Assembly: GCF_964204645.1 (NCBI RefSeq)
Contig: NC_134035.1
Location: 5,146,001 to 5,210,000, forward strand
DNA from: Tubulanus polymorphus
Taxonomy: Eukaryota > Animalia > Nemertea
Length of the DNA: 64,000 bases
Direction: 5' to 3'
Part shown: positions 38,301-50,300 of the stretch, in pieces
How the letters are laid out: every line of letters begins with the position of its first letter
Numbering within the stretch: the first letter of the stretch is position 1
The notes under the pieces: model-generated
Database searches by the model: none
The model's input: only the letters and a program-made list of their open reading frames with translations
Told to the model about the DNA's origin: nothing
Made by a program: the position numbers and the translations under genes

Positions 38301-41300
38301 TTTATTGTTTGATGTTTTATGTAGGAACGAATCCTTGTGGCAGTAATAATGGAGGATGTTCTCATCTATGTCTGATGGCTCCTGTACCCCCTTATTACTC
38401 GTGTGCCTGTCCTACTGGTGTAAGATTACTGAAAGACAAGAAAAAATGCGCTGATGGTAAGTAATATTTAAAAGAAAAGAAACTCTTTTTCCACAGATAA
38501 TTTTTAGCCAAATGAATGGAATTTCTTATATAAGGTCTAGGCTAATTGTATGTAAAAAGGCAGTTTGCATAAGAAAATAAGAAATTTGTAAATTTTACCG
38601 AACTTTGATGTATCATGTTTACAGTATAGTACTGCTTGCCATGAAGCCAGTTGTCTCATAATGTCTCATTTTCTACTAGATAAAAGAAATTAGCCATTTC
38701 TACTACATTTTTAAATGCAGCCGATCCATCAACCCTCTTGGGCCAGTTGCTGAAAATTTGGTTAGATAACCATCAGATAAATACCATAGTAACAACGAAC
38801 CTTTAATTGTCTCTATGTCAACTATCCAACTCCAACGGTTCGCTATAACCAACTTTTGAGCAATCGACCCCAGGGCCCAGTTTCACGAAAAAGTTTTCGG
38901 TTCAATCGCTGTTGGCAACTTCACGTTTTCAATGAGGACAACAATTAAAACTTAACTGATTTAAGCTTCAACTATTTCATGAAATTGAACCCCGGACTGC
39001 CTCGGACTACTGATCGGTCTCGCGATACACGAGGCAAGAAGAGTCTGCCGGAAGTCTAAAAGATTAGTCGAACTGAAAGTTTAATTCATTAATTGATTAG
39101 TAATGTATTGTGTTTTGTTTGTTCTAGGCGCTGAACAGTTATTATTATTAGCTCGTCGCACGGATCTCAGACGGATATCACTGGATACGTCGGATTTCAC
39201 CGACGTCGTGCTACAGTTGAACGATATTAAACACGCGATCGCCATCGACTACGACGCGATCGATCGGATGGTTTACTGGACCGACGACGAGGTGCAGCTG
39301 ATCCGTCGCGCCAAACTAGACGGCTCAGGTCAGTTCTCATTTTAATATACCGGTAACGAGTCGCGATCGAACTCGGCGGTTACTGTATCTTCGTATACCG
39401 ATGATTTGAAAGAACCGAAACTTTCGGCGCCGATCAGATTGCTTATTGAGTAATCGCTGAGGAAAATTATAGAACTATAAATGGGAGAACAGGGACTAAG
39501 GTAAAACAGGATTTGAAAGAACCGCGCGCTGATTTTGTGTACACCGATATTTTCTAGCTATCTGCGTGAACTGGTCAAGTCGAACCCTGTTAGTTGAAAA
39601 TAATTACGTGGCCGTCTCCCCTGGAAAACATATTTCAGGCATCTGCGGCAATAGTGATTTCTGGGATGAATCAAATGGTTTGAAATCCTCAGATAAAAAA
39701 AAACATTCCTGGGGTGTTTGACTAGTTTCTGCGCATAGTTAGGGATTGATTTGAATCCGACTTGCGCTTTAGTAGTCTACTCTGTCGTTAACCCTTAACA
39801 CGAGTAGCGCCTGTCTCTCTGAAACCATCTTTTCGAGTTTGGTTAAGATTTTTAAATGATCGTTCCGATTGGAATATTATTCTGGCTCGATTATTAATAC
39901 AAGTCGGGATCTCTGTTAATCGTCCGGGTTGAAATAATTCTAATAATTTCATACCTATTTGCTGCGCAATAGTGTACAGGACCTGATCGAACCCTGGGCG
40001 TTTTGCATAGCGTCTCAACCAGGGTCTGTCCAGAACGCGAAACCACCCTGGTTTCTACTATTATGCGCTCGATCGAATTGTTTTCATTCGTTCGTTTTCA
40101 AATTTCGTAAACAAAATAGTTTCTGGTCGAGCTTTGAATTATTATCTAAAGAGTAATAAATCTTATAAAGATGACATTGTTTACTCGCTGGTCGTTATAG
40201 GGGTTAATACGCTATACAGACCGCCTACCTGCCTGATTTTATTGCGCGCGTTCAATTAGGGTCAGCGTGTTAAAGTTATTGACAGTTGAATCGTTTTCTT
40301 TGAATTCTTCATCCGTAAATGTCCATCCGGTTGGAAATAAAGGAATTCGAAGTTTTTCGGGGGGGGGGGGGTGGAGGCGATGAGGGGTTTCTACCTTCCG
40401 TGCGCGTTTGAGTATTTCGCGGAACGAAACGAATGAAAGCATCAGGTGAAAGAAAGTAGTACCTATACCTTTTACGGTCATCTTTTATATACGAGTATTG
40501 TGATTCATTTACCGATTGTATTCAAGATCCTTCAGATTTATGGGGTTTCGTGTCCTCTTTGCGAACCAAGAATTCTTCGAGAAATTGTAAAATCTCTCTG
40601 AGAAATTTGTTCATTGCTGTTATTTCCTATCATCCCATCAATCTATGAGACGTAAACTGGTCCCTTTCACTGACGAATTTGTTTGTAAGTTTGAATAGTG
40701 GTAGAGTTTAAATTTTTTGGCTTCTGCTCAATGAAGAAAGTGTCTCCTGCTCTAAACTCTATCATCCAGGAGAGGCGCCGTAAATGTTGGAATAGTCTTC
40801 GCTCAATTCGAATATTTTGGCACCGTAGAAGTGTGTCCAACTCGAGTGATATCCAAGTTGGATATTTTATTTCATATATAGTTTCACAAAAAATGTTTCA
40901 AAAAACATCCGAGTTGAGAACGGTTATCCAACTCGAGCAGAGTCTACTGTATCCAATCTTTGAGATGTTAACTGGTCCCTTTCACCTAGGAATTGATTTG
41001 TATAGTTGTAGTTTCTCTGCTCAATAATAAGCCGATTGTCCCTTTCGATTAACTGTACGGATAATGCCAAAGAATTCTTGAAATATTAATTTGTTCAACC
41101 TCAGAGAGAAAAAAAATGTTAAAAGAACTTATATTGTTAATAATTCCGACAAAATTATCGGCCTCTGCATTCAGGAATAAACCTGTATTTTGAATACGGG
41201 TAAAATGATTTTTTATCTGTTCAGTAAGAGATATTGGAGAGGATGGAAAATTCAGATCTTCACCGGTTTCCTGTATAGCGCTGGTAAAAGAGTTGTGTAT

Positions 41301-44300
41301 GTACAGTAGTACACACTAGCAACATCTTCACCACGAATTCCACTAACTACATTAAACCCCCCAACATTTTATAATTTATACGTCTTTTTGATGTGCGCCT
41401 ACATCAAAGGCTTCTCGGGCGAAGGTCGGCACCGTTTAGCCTTTCAAACGGGTTCAGCCGATCTCAAGAATTCACTTTATTTTACTTTCAACCGAGCGTA
41501 GATAAAGTCAGTACACACGCCGAACAAAAAAACAATTTGAAGACATTAAAATTTAGTAGCGCGCCGTAAATACATAAAATCGTTATCTGTACGTTATTGT
41601 AATAATGATAACACAAGTGTACCGCCCTAAAATTAAACCCGTACTGACCTAGTTATCTTCCGTATATCGGAAGTTTTCTTCGATAGGCCTATAATCTGTA
41701 GTGTACTCGTTTTACTGGACTATTTATTCGTGAACTTAATTGTGATACCAGACAAATGAATAAGAGAATAATGTTTCTGATGGTCGTTTTCTGTGCTAAC
41801 GGGACCCTGTTTCTGTGCTAACGGGACTCTGTGTCATAATCATAGACTGGGTAACGTAGTTACACCTAAGGGCAATGCCTCTGCCTGGGAGATAAGCATC
41901 ATAGTGATAATAAGAAACCATGGTTATATCTGGCAAATTTCAAATTGTGTCCTGGGAGTATTTTGCCCCCCCCCCCTCCGATGAAAAAAGGAAAAGTGTG
42001 AAGGGGAGAAAGGATCAGAGGTCCCCTTAGACTATCCCCTTCGATGAGGAGAGAATCCCACAATGATAATAAAAAGTCCGAAAATGAAACTTCGAGATAG
42101 TAGTTTATTCAACGTTTCGACTATATCCTAATAGTCATCTTCAGGAATAATGGAATAAGGAATCATTATTCCTGAAGATGACTATTAGGATATAGTCGAA
42201 ACGTTGAATAAACTACTATCTCGAAGTTTCATTTTCGGACTTTTTATTATCATTGTGGGATTCTCTCCTCATCGCGTCAACACGGATATTGTGTTTTACC
42301 TATCGTGACTATCCCCTTCATTTTATTGATAGCTAATTAATGTAATGAATGAAAATTTAGAATTTTCAAGTTTGATTTAATCATTCATCAACAGATACAA
42401 ACTGATCTCTTGTATGCTGTAGATATAGAAAAAAAAAACAAAGATTATTCCATCTCGCATAAATACCCCACTTCTATCTACGCCGATGATCTCTGTCTGT
42501 TCGGTTCAAATCAGTAAATTATATTTGTCTGACGCGTGAAACGAGGTTAGCACAGTTCGATCGGATATAACCGCTTACGGATAATGTAATAACGTTGCAT
42601 TTTACAGATCAAGAGGTGATCGTAAGCACGGAAGTCGAACATCCCGACGGAATCGCCGTCGATTGGATCGCTCGTAATCTCTACTGGACAGACACGGGCA
42701 CCGATCGTATCGAAGTCGCTCGTTTGAACGGAACGTCGCGTAAAGTCCTGATTTCCGACGATTTGAAAGAGCCGCGCGCGATCACGTTAGATCCGGTTGC
42801 AGGGTACGTATTTTAGTGAAACCCGTCAGTTCCGGTAACCGCACGATTAGTTACACGCCCGAGGCTTAGGACCAGTTTAAACCCCCTATTTCATCCTCTA
42901 ACTAATCTAAAATTTAGGACCAGTCCGGTGAATGTTTTTTCGGTCAATGACCCGGTTCTTAGGTTGTCAGCTAAGTTTGACCTCACAGTTGAAAACGTTT
43001 TATTCCCAATGTTTCGACCCGGAGTCAAATTCTGCCTGAGAATTGTGAAACTGGATACAATTGTTTTCAGGGCTTTTTCCCTATCAATTCGGAAAGAGAA
43101 AATTCTATTTTACTTTGAGTGGCCGGGTGTTGTGTACTCACTGGGTTAAGAGATTAGAAAATACCCAGTACAGCACTGTCTAAAAGTAAAAAATCTAATA
43201 CATGAAGCGTTGAGAAGCTTAGAAAGTAATTTGAATCCGTTTTGAACATTTTTTGTTGGTATCATTTTGTAGATTGATGTATTGGACCGATTGGGGCGAT
43301 GCGCCGAAAATCGAACGCGCGAATCTCGACGGCTCGAATCGACAGATGTTGGTGAACACGTCACTCGGCTGGCCGAACGGTCTCGCTATCGATTTCGACT
43401 TGCGACGTATTTACTGGGGCGACGCGAAAGAGGACAAAATCGAAATGTCGAACATGGACGGCACCGGTAGAAACGTACTCGTCAATAAGCAGCTACCTCA
43501 TATATTTGGCTTTAGTTTACTCGGTATGTCGGACAGAAATTTACAGACCTTTAAAATGTTTTGCTTGACTAGAGGCATCTATCTGTTCAATTGCGTGTTA
43601 AGGGTGAAACAGAGTTTGAAAATTGTCACTCGGTCACAGTTTGTATCAACAATGCGAACATTCTTCAGACCGAGCATCCTCCTTCGGCTGGCATTCCAAC
43701 CTGATGGTATCGCTACACTCAGCCACGGCACGAACCCCTGCCACACTAGACCGGGTGCGCAGCTACATGCGCAGGTTGGCCGCACGAAAACTCACGCCAT
43801 CAAACAGATTGCTCGTTGTATAATCGCTGAGGTACATTTCATGGAAAAACAATGAATGGGAAAACCGGGCTAGAAAAAACGGAATATCTGATTGGCTGAT
43901 AATGACATCAGCTAAGCTGCACACTCGGTCTAATGTGGCAGGGTTTTTTACAGTGGCGGGTATCGATGACATCAGGTTTGAATCAGTTATGTTTAAACGA
44001 GAAAGTTAAACGCAGTATATTTTGAGAATGGCTCTTTCAAACGAAATGATTAATGATTCACCGCCGTTGTATTTCAGGTAATTATATCTACTGGACCGAC
44101 TGGCAGCGCCGCTCTATTGAGCGCGTGAATAAACTAACCGGCGTAGGTCGCGAGGTGATTATCGACCAGCTGCCCGATCTGATGGGTCTGAAAGCAGTCA
44201 CCGTCAATAAGGCTGTAGGTGAGTAGGATTACGTCTGAATAGTTAGTTATTGAATTTAGGTGCGTTAATTCTCGCACTCATAGATTTGAGTAAAATTTTG

Positions 44301-47300
44301 CATAATTTGTTTATTACTGTTGAGAGTTTAAGGTAAAATATGACTAAAGTTCAGACATTTACAATAACTAATTTTTACTGTCGACAAGCTTTTTATCCTG
44401 GCCTTACCACTGGAAATCCCTGGTAGAAGCGCATTTGATCTGTGCTCACAGTGAATATTGTCAGACCGACTACTGCGGAGTCGGGATGTATTGAAACACA
44501 TTCTAATCCGTTTGTATTCTAAATTACAGGAACGAACAAATGCGCGTCTGAAAACGGAGGCTGCAGTCACCTGTGTTTGAACCGCGCCGATCCGAGCGGC
44601 CCGGTCTGCGCGTGTCCGATGGGTCTCGAGTTGTTAGCCAATCAGAAGACGTGCATCGTGCCGGAGGCGTTTTTGTTGTTCTCTCAACGGTCGGACATTC
44701 GTCGAATCTCGTTAGAAACGAATCACAACGACGTCGTCATTCCGCTCGCTCGCGTTAAAGACGCGATGGCGCTCGATTTCGATATCGACGATAATCGAAT
44801 TTACTGGACGGATTTACAGTTGAAGGTTCGTTTTGAATTTTAAAACGTCGCAACGAATGCGATCATCGACTATAACCCCTAATGTTTACAGTAAAAAAAA
44901 GTATAACTTATTTCTCCTTATTTCTCCGAATTATTCCAAAATTTCGAAATAATGATAACAATAGGCACTTATAGACTGCACTACACTACGTTTCAGTGCG
45001 GTTTACGATAAAAATTTCGCTTTAAAACACATTTAAACTACTAGTAAAAGTTTTCTTTAAAACGAAAATAATTTTAAGATGTAATTTAACATCATCAATG
45101 TCATTACAGTTCCGAAGTTTAAGGGGTAGATTATTCCATAAAATTGGTGCTGCATGTGAAAAAGATCTGCCATATCATTTCCAAGTTTATTTTGTCGTGT
45201 ATTTTGTAGAGTATCAGTCGAGCATTTATAAATGGCAGCGCCTTGGAGACGGTGATACAGTTCGGTTTGGAGTTTCCGGAGGGAATGGCCGTTGACTGGG
45301 TCGCGCACAACCTCTACTGGGCCGACATGAGCACCAAACGCATCGAAGTCGCGCGACTTGACGGTTCGTCGCGTCGCGTGATCATCTGGCGCGATCTCGA
45401 GGATCCGCGCTCGCTCGCGTTGGATCCGCCGCAGGGTCACATGTACTGGACGGATTGGTGCGACGATAAATCGAAGATCGAACGCGCCGCGCTGGACGGG
45501 TCGCATCGCGTCGTACTCATCGAGATCATCGGCGGTAAAGCGATCGGTTTGACGATCGATTACTCGGAGCGAAGGATTTACTGGGCCGACCTCGACGCTA
45601 AAGTCATCGAATCTTCAGATATGAACGGTAGGTTCACCGTTTACTGTCGATCGGTCGGAGATAATTCAATATGAATGAATTAAAAAAAGGCCATCGGTAC
45701 AAATTTTCTGAGCTAACAACAATAGTAGCGTCTCGGTATACCGGGCTTGAATTCCTATGAGGGAGAATTCTATCAGGGTAAAGGGAGTGAGGATTCTATT
45801 AGGCACGGATGAAAATCTATGAGATCATTCTTGAGATCGATGTGGATTCGTTGAGAAAATGATAGGGGAGGGGGGGTTAGGGTCTTAGGGAAAAGTTGAT
45901 GTTAGATCTTAGCGTACAAAGAACAGACCGTTATAAAGCGTCTCATAAAGCCGGTGCTACGATCTCTGAAATCATTTTTTACAACATCATTGCGAAACAC
46001 CACTGTTATCTAGAACCACTGTGTAGGTCAATAATATATATACATGCAATAGCGCTGCGCTGGAAATCTATATTTAGAATCAGCGGTCGCGCACTTCAAT
46101 TCATCCAACATAGCCTACGTGCTCAATAAAAGTAGTCATTGTTTTAATTCAGGCGCAATACCCTTGGCTTGAGTGATAGATTGGAAAGTTATAGATAGGG
46201 GCTCCTCTTGCGACTCATATTTATTAACAAGTTCATTTAAGTATTATGAACAGTGATTTGGATATCGTCGGAGCCATGCTTTTCATGTAGGCCTACTCAA
46301 GACATGAACAACGAACGCGTAGCAGCAGTCTTATTTTGTCATTAGAAAATGGGCCTCAGATGTGCCAAAAACTCCTTGAAATTTCAAAATTTTAGACCCC
46401 CCATTAGGGGCTTCGCCTCTAGTACTTAATTTCAAATTTTCCGCGTTTTTCAAACGCCACTGTTTTCATCCCTGATTAGGGAAAGGGTGATGCATCCCAC
46501 TTCTCCGGAATTCCGGATTTAAAAAAAATCCAATTTCATTTCCGGATTTTCGGGAGAAGTCAAAAACCACAAAAGAAAACATAAAAAATAATAAAATCAA
46601 TTCGGGATTCGACCCTTAACATCAAAACGTGACGGCTCCGTAGAGGGTTCGAAAAAGCCGTATTGTGCTGCCATGTAGTGGCAACAACCCTGCAGTACAC
46701 GATTAAACCAAGATGACGCAACGATCGAAATCGACTGACGTTTCGTTTGTTTTTGGCTCTGGTTTATATATGAGGTGTATTTGACGGAACCAATCGCTAT
46801 TTGAAAAAATGATCTATAGTCGGTAATGAAAGTGAGGCCTATAACGCGTATTGTGCCAGAACGCATCTCCTGGCGTTCTTATTTCAAAAATTTTCCCAGA
46901 CCCCCGACTTATTTTCCGGATTTTTAGCTTCACATAAGTGGCAACTCTGGCATCCACCTTTGAATCTTTGTGAGGGAGGGACATGGCTGAGTCTCACGAT
47001 GCCGTCGGGTTCAAATCCCTGATGAGGGAGGAATGTGGCAGAGTCCCACGAGTTCGAATCCCTGTTGAAGGAGGATATGAAATCAATTGGTAATTGTGGG
47101 ACTCGTACATTTTGGAACTACATTAAGAGATATACTGATGATGGCTTACAGTTGTTAGCCGAAACGTCGCTCCTCCAATACAATCAGATATAGAATTTTT
47201 CAATTTTGGCTTCGTTATTGTGGGATTTCTCTCGTCATCATCATACACGGATATCGTGTATCTTCTCGTCTAATTAAGAATCGATATTTCAGGTGGCGAT

Positions 47301-50300
47301 CGTAAACGCGTGATACCCGGCGAACTGTTATCACCGCGCGGTCTCACGCAATACGACGATTACATATTCTGGACGGATTGGGAGTCGAAAACGATCGAAC
47401 GAGCGAACAAAACGACCGGTTTGAACCGGACGACGATACAAACCGGCGTGGAATACGTGATGGATATACTAGTGTTTCACGCGTCTCGTCAATATGGCTG
47501 GAACACGTGCGTCATTAATAACGGAGGATGTTCTCATTTGTGCGTCGCGCATTCCGTCGATTATAACTCTACTTACACGCACCACTGCACCTGTCCTACG
47601 CATTATAAACTACATCCTGATAATCGCACCTGCATCGGTAAGTTATCATTGTATTCCTTACTCGGTGGAACTTTGTTCGAACAATTTGCAAACAAACTTA
47701 GAATTTCATCCGCAATTGCACAATTTTAAAGATTTTACACTGGATATATCAAACGATTGTTTATAACAAACAGATTTTCTAGTTCCCTGAAGTTTGTTGT
47801 TACAAGGTTCCACTGTATCAGTTATAAAGAAAAGATTTTCTGATCTCCTGAAGTTCGTTGTAAAGAGGTTCTGCTGTATCAGTTATAACGAACAGATTTT
47901 CTGATCTGCTGAAGTTCGTTGTAACTAGGTTTCATTGTATCACTTATAACAATGAGGTTTTCTGGTCTCCTGAAGTTCATTGTTACAAGGTTTCGCTGTA
48001 TCAGTTATAACGAACAGATTTTTAGGTCTCCTGAAGTTCGTGGTAACGTGGTTCCAATGTATCAGTCATAACGAACAGATTTTCGGGTCTCCTGAAGTTC
48101 ATAATAATGAGGTTCCACTGTGTCAGTTATAACAGCAGATGTTCTGGTTAGGGCATGTTATACCATGTGACCAGCTCTGACCTATCAGAAGCTAGGGTTA
48201 GGGTTAAACATGTGGTCGATCTGGGTACCGGGTGACTAGGTCAGACCTATCAGAAGCTAGAGATAGGGTTAAGCATGTGGTTTGTTTATTTACATTTAGG
48301 AACCTCTTGTTAACATTTGTGAGGTTCATTTAGAATATGAGGATCACTGATTCTTTGATTAACTAGAGAAACAGCTCTATTATAATCTAATCAGGGAATA
48401 TTTGGTCAAAGAATAGTGAATTGGGATTTTTGGTGTTTATCTGTTGTTCTTGCTGGGGTGGCTAAGATATCTATGATTTAACAGGGAAATCTTGGTCGAG
48501 GTCAGGGAAATATCAGGACCCAGTTCATCAGTTCTGAGTTACAGTTAACTTTGAGTCAAAATTAGTTCATCTTTGATTAGTTAACTCCGAACCAAATCTT
48601 AATCCACAACTGTGGAACCGGGATCCGGGGAATTACAGATTCCTGATCTGATTTGTAAGAACTCAGTTGTTGTTCTTTACGACAAGTATCCAGCACTGTT
48701 GAGCTTACGATGTTGGAATTTAACGTCGCTGTATTATATTGTATTTCCAGCTCCCGGATCGTTTCTATTGTTCAGCCAGAAGAATATGATTAACAGAATG
48801 TTACAGGACAACGATTCGCCGGATATCGTCCTGCCGATTCAGAGTCTACGAAATATCAAAGCTATCGACTTCGATCCGTCGGAGCGGTTCGTTTACTGGG
48901 TCGACGGCCGTACGAAAACAATCAAACGAGCTAAAGACGACGGCTCCGAGGTGAGAGATTCAAACGCTTCACGGGCCAATTTATTTATAAATTCTGTGGT
49001 CGAGTTGCGATAGTCTGTTAAACTGCCTCTTAGAGTTCAGTATGATAAGCATGAAGGTATTAACAGACCCGACTACGATTATTATAGGCCTATGCGAGTA
49101 GTTTAGAATTGTTTGCCAACATTCCCATGTGGGAACCAAGTCAAGTTCAGAGTTCATTGAAAATGAACCAATTTTCATTGCGTATATCTGAGCGTATTGT
49201 TACGCCATCTGGTGTGCACGGGTACCCCTAATTACCGGGTAAACTACTATTTTTGAAGTCAAATTGCTCTCTCAATTTTGGTGCAAACTACTATAGTTAA
49301 AATGGTCCGCACACTAGCAACAAAGCTGCCGCAACAACTGCCCCGTGGCAATTTATCGGCGACTTTGACGCCAAAAAATTTTTCGCGCACAGTAGCAATA
49401 ATGACGCAGCTTCAAGTGCTGCATCCGTCACTATTGTAGGTCAAGTGGTCAATCTATTATAAGTATGATCTCGATGCATGCGCGTTGAAACTAAATCCGG
49501 CTAAATCCTGCGGCACAGACTCAGAATTAGGCGCACACTCAGGCGTACTTGCTGCGCTGTGTGAAATATATCAAACATGTTTAGATATCGGCGTCAAAGC
49601 TGCAAGCTGCAAAAATGCCTGAAAATTGCCCACGCACACTAGGTAATTTTGACGAGCAGCGTACTTGTTGCGCAGCTTTGACGCTAGTGCGTGGCCCGCT
49701 TAAAGATGAAAGGTCTGAAAAAAGAAATACTATCAGAAACATAAAGAACAAATTTTCAGGTTAAATTTGTAGAGACGTTTATTTTTTAACACTGTAACAC
49801 TGTATGTTAACACTGTATGAAATTTTCTTGTGATATTTCCAGGCGTCTACGGTAGTTCCGAATCCGTCTGACATGCATCAGCCGTACGATATCGCGGTCG
49901 ATCCGTATTCTAAACATATATTCTGGTCGTGCAGTCAAAACGACGCTATAAACGTGACGCGGTTCGATATGACCGGCGTCGGGGTGATCATGGCCGGAAC
50001 GCATCAGAAACCTCGTTCCATCGTGTTACACACGCAGAAAGGGTAAGTCTGAATATACTAAAAATATCATTTTCAAGTTTTGCATGTATTGATTTGACAC
50101 TTATACTGCATGGGGCCAGATCAGTTTTATAGACCAGTTTTGACTCACTAAGGTTATTTTAATTAGTTTGGCTTTCAATCAGCGTTGAAGTCAAAACCTT
50201 GGATTCAAAACCTGTTTTGACCATACTAATAATTAAAGCTATAGAACATGGGCAACTGGCTGGAACTGGAGATAGATGGACGCTAACCAGTCGTAAGCTA

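Larger units (their letters stand above)
42042..42306. mobile_element. Penelope-like/retrozyme-like non-autonomous insertion: perfect 111-bp inverted repeat with 13-bp TSD
   Basis: Arms 42042..42152 and 42164..42274 are exact reverse complements; GACTATCCCCTTC repeated at 42030..42042 and 42307..42319. Confidence 0.8.

Noticed and set aside
48190-48275. Interstitial telomere (TTAGGG)
   Set aside because: Only two units within a ~65-bp local duplication.
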